A stretch of DNA of 64,000 bases, taken from NCBI RefSeq assembly GCF_006345805.1, contig NC_043005.1, forward strand, positions 105,152,001-105,216,000, read 5' to 3'. A program made the position numbers and the translations under genes. The DNA is from Octopus sinensis (taxonomy: Eukaryota). The notes under the pieces are model-generated. The model did no database searches and was not told the DNA's origin. It saw only the letters and a program-made list of their open reading frames with translations. Shown here piece by piece: positions 1 through 14,220 of the stretch (positions within the stretch are counted from its first letter, which is position 1; the number at the start of each line of letters is the position of its first letter).

Positions 1-125
1 AATCCAAAGCAACGGTAGAACGTATTTGCTGTGGCTGAGTAACGAAATTCTTCACCACAACTGCAATGCTGGCACCCGAATTCTCTATGCAAACATATAG
101 AGAAGCTGAAACTTATTGCCTATAG

Positions 126-325
126 ATGCGAACACATACACATATATATACACACACACATACACACACATATATACATACACACAAACACACACATAAA
201 TTGACTCTCTCTCTCTTCCTCTCTCTTTCTCTCTTTCTTTGCTTCTCACCACCTGTCTCGCTCCCCTCTTCCTTTACCTTCCTCCTTTCTTTGACTGCTT
301 TTCTCTTCTTCCCTCTTCTTTCGCT

Positions 326-397
<72 letters not shown>

Positions 398-438
398 TCC
401 TCTCTCATCCTCACTCCCCTTCATTCTGCGCGTGTGTG

Positions 439-477
<39 letters not shown>

Positions 478-546
478 ATATGTATATATATATATATGTG
501 TGTGTGTATATGTATATATATATATATGTATGTATATATATATATG

Positions 547-597
<51 letters not shown>

Positions 598-810
598 ATA
601 CAGTTTATACATGTATATATACCTACATACATCCACCCATAGATCCATACATACAGACATACATCGATCTCATTACTTTCTACAGTTGTTTTCGAACCCT
701 CATTGTTTATACACTCACTTCTTCCTTATTTTAATCAATCCATCTATTTGCATCACTCCCACATCTCCTTCTCTTCAATTTCTATCTCTCCCCTCCTTCT
801 CATCTTTCTT

Positions 811-860
<50 letters not shown>
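126..860. repeat. Compound microsatellite block (CA)n/(CT)n/(TATC)n/(TA)n/(TG)n
   Basis: Directly visible tandem di- and tetranucleotide repeats; explains the low-complexity ORFs here. Confidence 0.95.
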
Positions 861-861
<1 letters not shown>

Positions 862-1124
862 GGCTTTTCTCTATTATCCTTCTTACCGCATCCCAAGATC
901 TCTCACCAACACTCCAATAAGCATCTCTCGTGAATCTGTTCTACCGTCTTGGAGTGATTTGGATAATCAGTGACACGGAAGTGACCTCCAGCGTGGAGTA
1001 TATGTTCGGGATGTATGTGTGTGTGTGTGTGTGTGGTGGGGAGGAGGAAGAGGTGGGGTTGTAGCGTTCTAGTGTCCTGTAAGTCGATTCTAATTCCACT
1101 TTGTGTCTTTGTTAACATACACAA

Positions 1125-1446
1125 TTACCATCACCCCTACCACCACCTACTCCATCACCCCTATCCCCACACTTCGCTACAACCCCACCTGATCACCACC
1201 ACCACCAACACCACAACCACAGCAATCAGAATCAACACCACTATTACCACAACCACCACTACGATCGGCATCAGAAGCACCACGGCTACCACCACTGTCA
1301 ACGCCACCGCCATCTACATCACCACCGCCATTGCAATCATATACTTCATAAAATTTATCCCCACCACCACCACCACCACCACCACCACCACACTACCATA
1401 GCAATCATTATTGTGATCATCACCATCATCGTCGTCGTCGGCGGCG

Positions 1447-1484
<38 letters not shown>

Positions 1485-1485
1485 G

Positions 1486-1574
<89 letters not shown>

Positions 1575-1913
1575 GTCATCATCATCATCATCATCATCAT
1601 CAACATCATCATCATCATCGTCATCATCATCATCATCAACATCATCATCATCATCATCATCATCATATCATCATCATCATCGTCATCATCGTCATCATCA
1701 TCATCATCATCATCATTCATCATCATCATCATCATCATTCATCATCATCATCATCATCGTCATCATCATCATCATCATCATCATCATTCATCATCATCGT
1801 CATCATCATCACATCATCATCATCATCATCATCATCATATCATCATCATCATCATCATCATCACATCATCATCATCATCATCGTCATCATCATCATCATC
1901 ATCGTCATCATCG

Positions 1914-1948
<35 letters not shown>

Positions 1949-1985
1949 GTCATCATCATCATCATCATCAACATCATCATCATCG

Positions 1986-2025
<40 letters not shown>

Positions 2026-2490
2026 CCTCAACATTATCATTATCATTTTTGACCGACATCATCCCTGCCACCATCACCACCTCCCTCACCATCAACAACA
2101 CCGCTTCCATTAAAACCAACACCACCTCCTCCAGCATCACTGTGATCTCCATCACTTCCAACTCTATCGCCACCACCACCACCACTACCACCACTACCAA
2201 CAACAACAACTACAGCATTGCCGACAATAATGACAACACCAACACCACAATCATTATTGTCATCACTACCACTACCACCACTACCATCACTACTACTACT
2301 ACCACCACCACAAACACAAGCACCACCACCTTCAGCACAACACCCATCATACAAGCTCCATCACACTATCACCATTAATGTCACCAATACTATGTGTATA
2401 ACCATAAAAACATCTCTACAACACCGCAACTACCTCCACTACAACCATCACCCCCGACGCTATTACCACCACCACCACCACCACCAGATC
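1125..2490. repeat. Trinucleotide repeat region: ~600 bp (ATC)n at 1420-2020 flanked by degenerate (ACC)n/(AAC)n
   Basis: Visible tandem repeats; poly-I/S/H/M/D ORFs are its translations. Confidence 0.95.
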
Positions 2491-3321
2491 TATTAACAAC
2501 CCACTACATTCAGCATCAACCCCCCTCCCTCACCTGCATCCTGATTAGGAAAACAACAACAGAAACAATAACAAAACTGTTACATGCTCCATGACAATCT
2601 TTATACTTCGCTCATTAACACTACTTTAGTCCAATTTATGACCATTCAACCACTTCTATACTCCACACACTCAAGAAAATTCCCCACTCAAAATTCCTGC
2701 TTCCATTCGCCACACTCACTACCAGGTATTCGCTGTTTCCAGATGCATAGGCTTCTCCGATTACTTCTACCTAACAATATCACTAATGCCGGTTGATGGC
2801 GTCCTTTCCTTTTTCTACTCTCCAAAGTTTAGCTCTCCTACGCACCAAAATTTTCAATTTTTCTTTCTCTACGGGGATCTATCCCAATTTCTGAAAACAC
2901 ATGTCGATGTTTCCCTACTCAGTGAGAGAAAAAAAAATCCTAAATGCTTCTTTCAACTATTGTCATATTCCTCTTAATTTTAACAGATTAAACGTAAACG
3001 GCCAACTGTAATAACCTAATCCCCTATTGAGCCTCAATTGCTTATCAGTGACCGTCAGTCTAGTTTTCGCAGAGCCAGATATACCGAAGACTTACTTTTA
3101 GTATATTACTAGTGATCCCCTTACTCTTGAGAACTTCAGTGAAAGAAATATTACTACTCGTAATATCAGTAACCAGTGCACTTCTTACACTAACGGCTTC
3201 TGTTGTGTGGAGTGGCAATACTCTCACTAACACGCATTCTATTAACATCAGTTACCTCAAAGTTCGATTACGACTTTCGTTATATCTTTCACGTTTTTCC
3301 TTCTGTATATTAACGATCTAC

Positions 3322-3540
3322 TTACTTATTTCTTTATTGTCCACAAGGGGCTAAACATAGAGGGGACAAACAAGGACAGACAAAGGGATTAAGTCAATTA
3401 CATCGACCCCAGTGCGTAACTGGTACTTAATTTATCGATCCCGAAAGGATGAAAAGTAAAGTCGACCTCGGCTGAATTTGAACTCAGAATATAAAGACAG
3501 ACGAAATACAGTTAGGCATTTCGCTCGGCGCGCTAGCGAT
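3322..3540 (-). mobile_element. tRNA-headed SINE family A
   Basis: Reverse complement of the 9045-9277 copy (B-box-like GAGTTCAAATTC, CCTTTCATCCTTTCGGGGTCGAT-type central block, same 3' tail). Confidence 0.9.
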
Positions 3541-4359
3541 CTAATTACTGCTTCTATAACATTTCTCCTTCATCTTTCGTCGAAAAGCTAACGTCATCCA
3601 CAAGCAGTTTTGTCTACTCACGGAAGACCTGTCCTATTTCCATATAAAAAGGTTTCATTAAATTCATCAAAAGGGGATAGAGAAAGAGCTCCAGCCAACT
3701 AAAATTATTAAGAAATTTTTTAACTTTACACCTTCTCTGGCGTAAGGCACTTTAGCATATCTCTCGAGGTTACTTTACAAACCGATTCGCAATGCTTGGT
3801 GATCTCACGTGCTGACCCCAGAATGCAACATTAGGTAATGCACATTTCCTGATCTCCTCTAATTATACTTACCGCAGCTTCTGTATTTGAAAACTAGTTA
3901 TTTGCGTATATTCTCAACTTAAACTCATTCTAGATACCTCCCGTAGTAGAAATACTGTCGTCACGGCTCACAACTTGGAAAAAATATTTTCCTTATCTAT
4001 AAACGTTTCAACTATTTCCCCGTTACCACAGAAAACTATTATTTCTTCGTTGTATGACTGATTCGCATAATTGCTTTCAAAATATTTTGTACCTTTTAAT
4101 AGGTTTTGGGGATTATTATTGAAGACTCCATCCTCAGCTGATTGTTACGATTTTGAGTTGACATTTTGTAAATATATTAGCATATATGTATAACTTTAAG
4201 ATATTAAAATCATAACTTTGTTAAGATATTAAAACAGGCAGAAACATATCGAAAGTAAATACCAAAAGTAACCAAGAAATGAATCGAGCTTTATTCCGTT
4301 ACACCACCAGAAACAACATTTGGTCTCGTGTTCATGAAGAATATTCTGGTTTTGACTTT

Positions 4360-4832
4360 AAACTGCATGCGGTAGTGGGGTGGAGTTCTTCGGTTTTGAG
4401 GAATCTAAGATCACCTCTTAGTCAATATTGTCCCCAGGTCTTTTTTGGTTTGGAGTAACTGTAGCTGTCAGGGTCTCAGCTGCAGGTTAAATAGCATGTG
4501 ATCACTCGAGCCAGGGTAGGTTGAAATCATGGAATGCAACATGGTGAATGTTAACTATTTCTGCAAATCAATCTTACCGAATCAGTGGCGAATATCACTA
4601 CATACTGAACAGATAAACGGAAAAAACTGTCAACGGCCTGGATCAACCAGTTCAATTAACGAACTAGAGCTATCGTCTTTAGTCGTGGCGTGCGCAGATG
4701 ACATACGTCAAGTAGCGAAAGACCAATGTGACTAAACTCCAAGCCAAGTCATTCATGCCGCATCGCTCGATCGGGATAACTGGCGCGGAAGAGTTGCATT
4801 GGTCCGGGCAAGTCATATCGGATGATAATGAC
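4360..4832 (+). mobile_element. Degraded repeat ending in an RTE-like LINE 3' end
   Basis: Translates to ...LDRDNWRGRV... followed by a (TGA)n-like tail, typical of RTE ORF ends; heavily decayed. Confidence 0.45.
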
Positions 4833-6197
4833 TATTTATCAAGAAGTTATGGAATTAAAACAAATATATATTTTCTTTTTACGATACTGGTATTAATCAT
4901 TTGAATGCATTTCGGATACTATAACCTATTGTAGCCACTAATATATAATATACACTATGTGTAATAAGTACTTATATATTTGGACATATTTCATTTAATT
5001 TTTCACATAACTGATTTAGTTTTTTTTTTCTATAACCCAAAGCCACACCAGTGTTTATCGCATAACACTTTCATAATTATCTTGATTTATAAAAAATTCA
5101 AATTCACAAAATAAAAGAAGACTTTTGTTATTTTCTTAATTATTGTTAAAATGGTTGAACTTGTCATGCTTCAGCACTATCCACGATAACAGATCTGATT
5201 GTGGAGCTATCACTCATGAAGATACTGAGTTGATTCCAATCAAAAGAATTAAATAGTTTGATACCTTGATAGGTTTGCAAACTATCATAAAGAGTACCCA
5301 CCAAGTATAGATATAGGCACACATATGTGTGTCTTGTTATACCCCCGCCACACACACACACAAACGCGTACCTGTGGAAATGTTTAATGTGACTATATTT
5401 TCTGCTTGCTGGTGTGTGAAGTAGCAGAAACCGAAGGGCGCTGTCACATAAAATGTTTTGAGACAGTTAGTTATCCCGTTACGTTATGTGTTGAAATGCC
5501 GCCATTACTGTACTTTAAGTTCTGAAACGCCAAGATAGATAAAGTGGAATACTAATCAAATTCTGGCTTATCTCAGCTTCCACATCTAACTCTAAAATTT
5601 CAGCCTTACAAAATGTAAAGAATTAAGAATCTTTGATAACATTATTCCATGAAAGAGAAGTAGATTATCGGGTTGATTTCAATTCTTGCTGATTAGAGCG
5701 AAAAACCGCATAACACATTATTATAAATATTACCGTTTCGATAAATATAGAAATTAAAGCTGTGTTGTTTACAGAAGAAATTTCAGGAACTCACGTAAAA
5801 AAATGTTCTAATTATATCTAAAACTAAACAATAGTTATATTTCAGTTGGACTATACTTAGATTCAATAATGCAGAATTTAAGGAAATTTTGTAAAGTCTT
5901 TCCGAAGTAAGTAAATAGACACCTTTAATTTTCAAAATCTTTTATTTAGTATGCAAAGCGAGCAATTGAAATGTAATTGATAGGTAGGACTTCATACTTT
6001 AGTATTTAGTTGACATTCCCTTTGCAGTTTTTAATTTAGAAACTCTTTTTGGCATTGAACTGATGAGCTTTGAGATTGTCTCTTGTGGAATTTCCACATA
6101 GATTGAGCATGACTTGCCAAAGGGACTAGCGAGTGGACAGCCATCACGCGCGCTCACACACACACAACACGTGCGGTCGTGTGGTAGTTTTATCTCC

Positions 6198-6296
6198 TAG
6201 GTGTAACAGTGGGTGTCCCGAGAAGCTCTGGTATTATGTTGGAAGGGCTCGAAACACCTACAGAGCTGCTTCACTTTCGGATGAGACATCGAGCCC
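6198..6296 (+). ncRNA. Candidate permuted hammerhead-like structured RNA
   Basis: taggtgT-A (6198-6205) pairs with GAAAcaccta (6251-6260); acagtg/cacttt stem I precedes CGGATGA (6278-6284); gggctc/gagccc, agctctg/cagagct and ggtgtc/gacatc complementarities. Confidence 0.45.
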
Positions 6297-6377
6297 CACC
6301 TGCATTCGAAGACGCTAGCATCCTCAGCACACAGATTTTTACCCCAATAATACATAGATGCATGCATGTATACGTAT

Positions 6378-6411
<34 letters not shown>

Positions 6412-6525
6412 CATAAACACACGCACGTACACACACACGTACACACAAACGCACACGCACATCAGACATACACACACATATATATGTATATGTATATATA
6501 TGTGTATATATATATGTATATACGT

Positions 6526-6664
<139 letters not shown>

Positions 6665-8323
6665 TTTATATATATATACACAGATTTATATATATATATA
6701 TATATATAGATATACGTTTACATTGATAGAAAAGATAGTAAACACATACAGACACACATATATATAGACAGACGAAAAGAGCAAGCCAAGCAGACGAACA
6801 CACACAACACACACACACACGCTCACACACACATATATATACAGAGATAGATAGAAATTAAAAGTAGAACCTGAAAAGACAAAAGCAAACAAAAAAAAAA
6901 CTAGCAAAAAATAACATGAACAAAACAAGACAATAGACTGACATAGGTTAGAAGGAAGCCAAAGAATACAACACCAAGACACAACAATTAAAGAGCAAAA
7001 TAGAGAATAGAGAAGAAATACTTGAAAGAGGGATTGAAGGTAAATGAGGAAGTTGATGGTGGAATACAAAAGAAGGGAACAAAATGAAGACATACTCGAG
7101 TGGGAAAACGCAGTAAGGGGTTCGGAAGGGCTCGAAACTGATAGTTAAAATGAAAGTAAAACTAGACTCAAAAGGAAGAAGTCCCTTTTCTTCTCTTTCT
7201 TTTTCAGTTTCACTTTACCTAGTGATTTAAAAATTGTTTTCGTATTTTGACTTTGTTTTTTTATATTTTGTTTTTAATATCTTCTGATTCATTATTTTTA
7301 TTCATGTTTTTTATTTTTTAATATTTGTGTCATTGTTTTTGGTGGAGAGGGGTGTATTTAGTTTTTTTTCAGTTCCTTTATTGTTTTTTTTTTTTCTTTT
7401 TCTTTCTGGTTTTCATTCATTTCTTGATCCTGAAAGAGTATCAACAGACTTGAGAAATGAAATGAAGTTGAAGGAAGAAAAAAGATATTTTCCCGAAATT
7501 TTTACATAGGTAATAAAAATGGGGTTGAATGGTTGAGAGGAACTTGCACCCTACTGACCTTGTTGTTAGAATCACTGAGATGCCCAAGCCACCATTCCAA
7601 AACAAGGACTGGGGCTTCTGATACTGATAGAGCATGCTTATGATTAAATGTCTTCCAGCCATGGCCATCCTGTTTGTTTCCAGGGAACTCATACCATATT
7701 ATCCAATACGACTTTCCATTTTTAAGCCAATATCTCTCATTTTAGGGCTGTTTGGTTACTATTTCTTGCATATCGTACGCCTGCGCAGAGACCCTGTATA
7801 CAGCAGCCCTTATTCTGGTTGTTATTTTTGTTATTGTTGATCTTTTTGTATTATAATTGCTGGTGTTTATGATAGTGGTGACAGTATTGTTAGTGGTGGT
7901 GATGGATGATTGTGGTGATAGTCGTGGTCGGAGGTACTCATTGCAAAGATGAGCAAAATGGAGGGAGGATCATTAACTTTAAGATTTGTCGTTGTTTCCT
8001 CTTCACATCATAAGACTCTCTCCCCACCATTCTATCTTTTTCTCACTCTCTACCTTTTCTCGTCTTGTCCTCTAGTCTGCCGTCATTATATCTCCAATGA
8101 ACCATGGAAACTTTCCTATTGCAAGGAACCGGAAGAACAACTGCTCATCTACTTCCTTGCATCCGGTCTTTCCACTTAGCCGTCTAACAAGACTCACAAA
8201 CTGTCTTCTAATGAATACGAAGATGGCGATTCACAGACAGCGAAGTCAAGCTGTCTTTCTCTATGTATTACCTAACCGACCATTGCATTCAACACATCTC
8301 CCTATCTTTCACAGCACACCCTG

Positions 8324-8372
<49 letters not shown>

Positions 8373-8941
8373 TTATACACTTTTCATTCTCCCTCCTTTC
8401 TATCTCGCTTTATCATGTCAATTTCTCCATTTTAAACAATTCTGTCCATCTTTTTTCAATATATCTTATAATTTATTTCATTTTGATTTTTATGTCTTTT
8501 ATGAACTTTTTATTCTATTTTTTAATCATTAATTTATCTCCCTCCTATGTATGTATGAATGTATACAAACATACATACATACATACATACATACAACATA
8601 CATACATGCATACATACATACATACATACATACATACATACATACATACATACATACATACATAATACATACATACATACATATACACACACTCACACAT
8701 ATATCTGTTCAGCTATAATGCCATTCGTATTTCTCACCGGATATCTGCTTTTTGTCACAAACACAAACACACACGCACACATACACGAGGATACGAACAC
8801 ACAAATACAGACACACGCAACACGCACGCTCCTGCAAGTTTACACACGAAGACAAACATATACACGCAGTCGAGGATCAACTCATTTGGTATCTTACAGT
8901 AAATATTTATTTATACAGCAGAGGTTTAAAAAAAAACGTAT

Positions 8942-8988
<47 letters not shown>

Positions 8989-9044
8989 CATACAGAGGGA
9001 GGGAGAGAGAGAAAGAAGGAAAGAGGTATAATTGTCTGTTGTAT

Positions 9045-9277
9045 AAAGTGGTGAGCTGGCAGAAACGTTAGCACGCCGGGCGAAATGTGTAGCCGTATTT
9101 CGTCTGCCGTTACGTTCTGAGTTCAAATTCCGCCGAGGTCGACTTTGCCTTTCATCCTTTCGGTGTCGATAAATTAAGTACCAGTTACGCACTGGGGTCG
9201 ATGTAATCGACTTAATCCCTTTGTCTGTCCTTGTTTGTCCCCCCTACGTTTAGCCCCTGGTGGGCAATAAAGAATTA
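9045..9277 (+). mobile_element. tRNA-headed SINE family A, full length with TSD
   Basis: A-box (TGGCAGAAACGTTAG) and B-box (GAGTTCAAATTCC); central block resembling the MetaSINE-type domain; 15-bp direct repeat aattgtctgttgtat at 9030-9044 and 9278-9292. Confidence 0.92.
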
Positions 9278-9435
9278 AATTGTCTGTTGTATTGCTTAAA
9301 AGTGATAAGAGAGAGAAATTGAAAGGAGACATGTGAGAAGGGAGCGAGTGAGGATCGAACATAGAACACAACAAATAGATAGATAGATAGATTGATACAT
9401 ACATATACACATACATACATACATACATACATACA

Positions 9436-9466
<31 letters not shown>

Positions 9467-9965
9467 GCATACATATATATAAAACGGGTGAAGTATAAAG
9501 AAAGTGATTTTAATAGGAAATAATAAACCTTACAAATAAACAGTGAGGTTTGCTATCATTTTAACGTCTGATGTCACTTGAGAGACTCAATGAATGCTAT
9601 AAGGAGGTCAACGAAGAAAATGTTATGAATGGTACAGTTTTGGACGATGCTTCGTAACTAAACACGATATCTATACGTAGTGTTACGGGACAACAGAGGC
9701 TCTTCGTATCAAACACGCTTGAGACTAATGACTACACGTAAATGAGGTACATTCACACATCAAGTAAACGAGACCAAGTGATTTTCTTCTTACCCGGTTT
9801 ACAAATAGGATTTCTGCAATAGTCTAACAAAAGGGTAACTATTTTTCAATAAAACTAACTGGTTTATACACACACACACACACCACACACACACACATAC
9901 ACACACACACACATATATATAATCAGAATTTACAAAAAAAGACCCCCAAAATAAATAACATGTAT

Positions 9966-10009
<44 letters not shown>

Positions 10010-10406
10010 GGCGCAGGTGTGGGTGTGTGTTAAGAAGCTTGCTGACCAACCACATGGTTCCGGGTTAAGCCCCACTGCATGGCACCTTGGGTGAGTGTTT
10101 TCTACTATGGCCTGGGGCCGACCAAAGCCTTGTGAATGGATTTGGTAGACAGAAACTGAAAGAAGCCGGTTGTATGTATGAATGTATGTATGCATTTGTG
10201 TGTCTGTGTTTGTCCTCTCACCGTCGCTTGACAACCGGTGTTGGTGTGTTTACGTCCCTGTAGCTTAGCGGTTCGGCAACAGAAACCGATAGAATAAGTA
10301 GTATGCTTACAAAGAATAAGTCTTGGGGTCGTTTATTTGAGCTAAAATGTAGTGCTCCAGCATGGCCGCAGTTAAATGACTGAAACAAGTAAAAGAATAA
10401 AAGAAT
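10010..10406 (+). mobile_element. tRNA-headed CORE-like SINE family B with internal microsatellite
   Basis: tRNA-like head, GGCACCTTGGG-type CORE-like block, tail CCAGCATGGCCGCAG...GAAACAAGTAAAAGA; many copies in the window. Confidence 0.9.
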
Positions 10407-10759
10407 ATATGTATGCATATGTAAACGAAGATACATCTGAGTCGTGTCAGTTTGATAAAACATTGTAGAAACATTTCTGTTGTATGGATAATTGTATTGG
10501 AGAGAGAAGTAACCGAATTCCTCAATTTCCCTAATTAGATGTTATTAATAGTTGTAGATATACTATTATATTTACATTGATGATCCCACGAGAAAAGCAT
10601 ATACAGCACGATGTCTTAATGAAAATACCGCAGCCATTATACATATGTCATAAAAAAAACATTAGTCATGATTTTGCTCCTGTTTAAATGTGGTGAATGT
10701 AAAGGAAAACCACTTCCTATGATCTCCCCAAAACAATTTGATTGAACATGGAAGGTGAT

Positions 10760-10950
10760 GGATGAGCAGAACCGTTTTAGTGCGGTATTTCTTCCAGCTA
10801 TTTTTTTACCGCCAGGTTCAAATCCGGCTGAGGTCAACTGTACCTTTTATTCTTTCGTGGACGATAAATTAAAATGCCGGTCAACTACTCGGGAGAATGG
10901 TAACTACCAATCTCCGTCTCCAACAAAACTGCTGACTTTGTGTCGAAATT
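10760..10950 (+). mobile_element. Degraded SINE family A (alternative tail)
   Basis: Diverged B-box GGTTCAAATCC and central block. Confidence 0.6.
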
Positions 10951-11559
10951 AGTTATCACTGTATGGAAATATGCAATGTATGTATATGTGCACATTTACT
11001 ATGATGCTATACACCTTTCAGTATATACTAAAGCGATATGTGTGTGTGGGAGTGTCTGAGTGTGCATGTATACATATATTTTCCTCATTGCAAACCTATT
11101 TTTACATAGGAAAAATACAATGTATGCATATTTGTATATTTACTATATCTTCCATAATAGAGAACACTAAATTGATCTTTATGTGTAGATATATGAAAAC
11201 TAATTGAAGAATGCCAACATTATTTGTAAGGTCTTAGATTCGGAAAATATTTAAAAGTAATATTTTTGTTACAATCCAAAATTCCATATCAAATCATTGA
11301 AATATTTCAATGATTTCCAACGTCGATTATAACAAAGGAGTAACTTATCACAAAACAAGTATGGCGTTGTTTCATGTAATTTCATTTGATAACCAACAAT
11401 GAGCCGGAACTTTTAAATAAAAGTTAATGATTAAAAGCAAAAGGAATTTTTTTTTCGCAAAAACCGGCAGCGTTTTTTGTTTCTGATACATCCGACACTG
11501 GAGCACAGAAAAAAACATTCAATAAACCTTCTCACTACATATAATATTTAACATTTTAT

Positions 11560-11910
11560 GTTCTTGCTGCATTCAGTCGTTGGACTGTGGGCTTGCTGGT
11601 GCAACAGTCACATTTATGTTTGGTACGCATTTTATTGAAATCTATTTGTCGAACCACTGAGTTTCAAGACGGAAACGAACATCATAGTCTCAATGATGTT
11701 CGTGGTCTAAATATTAAGACATTCACAGAGATAGTCACACATATACACTAAAAAGCTCCGCACAAGCTCTGTCTATCAAATCTCATTCACAAAGCATCGG
11801 TGAACCTGGGGCTCTTCGCTGATACACTTGCTCAATGTGCCTCGCAGGGAGAGTGGACTCAAAACCACATATTTGCGAACCAAACTTATCAAAGAAATAG
11901 GCATGTCTGT
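11560..11910 (-). mobile_element. Degraded SINE family B
   Basis: Diverged reverse-complement similarity to family B (gatacacttgctcaatgtgcc; ctatcaaatctcattcacaaagc). Confidence 0.6.
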
Positions 11911-12657
11911 GTCTTATTGTTAGCATCAAATCTATAAGAATATCTAAAGTTTCCTGTTATAGAATGCTTAATCAAGTTTGTTCGTGCATTTAACAGCTGG
12001 ATAAAAGAAATAAATTTCAACAGAAAGCAAAATAATAATTTTTGTTATCTTGATAAATAATTATTGATGAAAAATATTAAGTCGACGTTCCAAGCCCCAG
12101 TGGTTACTGAGATACCATTGTGAATTGTGAAATAATTAAACAAGCAAATAAACGTGACGAAAATCAAATTTGTTGGTTATATTGGACTACGAGTAATGAG
12201 GCATAGATAAAACTCAAATTTTTCCAACAATGTATTTGTCTTCTTTTGATTAACTATGGACTCAACTGGTGAAGTAAGTAGACAGACGATGGTTCAAATC
12301 TCTTATACTCAGTTATCTTAGCTGTAACTAGATATTGTTTGCAAGCAGAGCACCTCTACACATCTACAGTACATATAGTCTGTATAGTATAAACTCCACC
12401 AAAAGGTATTCGCTGTTTGTGATAGTGTATTTTTACAATTACGTTTACCAATAATTGGAAAGCTGTATTTCAAGTGGATCAGTCCAGGTTCTAATCGAAG
12501 TACCATAGGGCTTGGCCCTGTTGTTTTCTTTTTCTATTGTGACTTCTTAAACTGTTTGCTTTTTCTCTTCTTCCCTTTTGTTTCCTTTTGATTTCTCTCT
12601 TTTCTTTTTGAGATTTGTGAACTATTGTTTTGGACTTTTTACTTTTTATTTTAAAAC

Positions 12658-13905
12658 ATGGCGAAAAATGCGGATAAGATTGTAGAGTGGGGGATTGTCC
12701 CACCTAAGGAGTGGTTCAGACAGCAAGGGGAGAGGACGGTGGTGTTGAGTACATATCCGAAGGTTCTCGACACCATTGCCGTCTTCTCCAAGCAGCTGAT
12801 TGAGCAGGATTTGGTGGAACATCTGCCAACCATTAAGTATATCTCTAGGGGTGTCGAATATGCAACGGTGTGGATGCTGTTTGACACTCCAGAGGAGGCT
12901 CGCAGTTTTGCGAGCCAGCCCTTTGAGGGTAAAGAAATTTTGTTTCTTCCCACTTATTGTGGGAAAAAAATTGTCGAGGGCCTGGGTCTGTGGTTTGCTA
13001 CCCGGAATTGAATCCCAAGTGGATAGAAGATACTATCGGTCAGGGTCTGGGTGGCAGCGGAGCCAGGCTCCTCAATGTGAAAATTCTTCCTGCGGCTGAT
13101 TGGGTTGGGTCAAAAGCTGTTTTGACCCTGTGAACCCAATCAGCCATGAATCTGGTTATGCCAGATTTTTTGAAAATGGCCGGGTGCAGCTACCCGATGT
13201 TCCTTGAGGGTCACCTCTCAGGTGTCATCGGTATCCGGAGCCTGGCCTTGTAACGAAAAACTGTCCTCAGGAACAAAGCAAAGTTCTGGAGCTGTTGATT
13301 AAGACCTCTGTAGAAGGAACGAAGGAGGCCGAGGAGACGGAGGACTCCTCAAAGAAGGGCCGCAAGCGGAAGAAGGTGAGCAATAATGGGTGCTCACCGA
13401 AGGGAGGGGAGGCGAATCTCTCGGTCACGGATGAGACGCACCCTCCCTCAGTTGAGAGATGAAAAAAGAGGAAGGGGAAGAGAAACAGGACATTGCCGAT
13501 GTCGGTGACATAGCACCGGAATGTCCCAGAACCTTGCCGGTAGTTGTTGTGCCACTGGCAGGGGAAGAAACACCGTTGGGGTGAATTGTGCCGCCAACGG
13601 TAGAAATAACTACCTCGAACCCGGAGGAAGACGAACTATTGGTCTTCTTTTACAGAGGCGGAGAAGTAGAAGAGGTGGTGGAAAAGCACCATAAGGGAGT
13701 ACATTTAACATTCACACAGGATCCCGAGTAGGCTCCGCAGATTGCTGTGGAGGTCATAACGGTGGCTGTGGGGTGTAGACTGCGGGGACTCAATGAGGAA
13801 TATCGCTTGTGGCCGGGCGAAGCCGGCTCGGATCCCGCCTTGCTCTTGAATGAGGAGTGGGTGATGGCAGAGTATACGGGCACAAGCGATATCGGGGTGG
13901 AATAG
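12658..13905 (+). pseudogene. Gag-like ORF1 relic of an L1/Tx1-like non-LTR retrotransposon (frameshifted)
   Basis: ORF 12658-13011 reads like an RRM-type ORF1 N-terminus; decayed zinc knuckle C-HR-Y-PEPG-L-VTKN-C at 13223-13264 (TAT and CTT are each one change from Cys and His codons of CX2CX4HX4C); GC-rich island with several stops. Confidence 0.6.
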
Positions 13906-14220
13906 TGAGAAGAGATTGAAAAGCCCCAGTGATAATATTTATTGTATAATGTTTAATTTTTATTACATGTTATTGTGTTTAAGAGGCTTAACGCCCCAAT
14001 TCTTAAATAATTGTAAAACTGAAGTAAGAGGTTCATTACCTCGTTTTATCTTTTTCTGTGAAAAATAGAAGAGAATAATGTTTTAGAGAAGCAAAAAATC
14101 GACGGGCGTTTTTTGTCTTCTCCCATTAATATCATCCTTTCTTCATCATTCACCGCATCAAGGTCTTTGTCCAGCCCGCAAGCTACTCTGTATCGTGCCT
14201 TTATGGCAAAAGTTTTGAAA

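Noticed and set aside
6133-6335. GIY-YIG-like reading (YYVGRARN ... FEDASILST)
   Set aside because: Motif spacing is poor and needs frameshifts; the dense base-pair complementarity explains the island better as a structured RNA.
7520-7840. GC-richer stretch that might be an exon or TE fragment
   Set aside because: No motif I can recognise with confidence; left unassigned.
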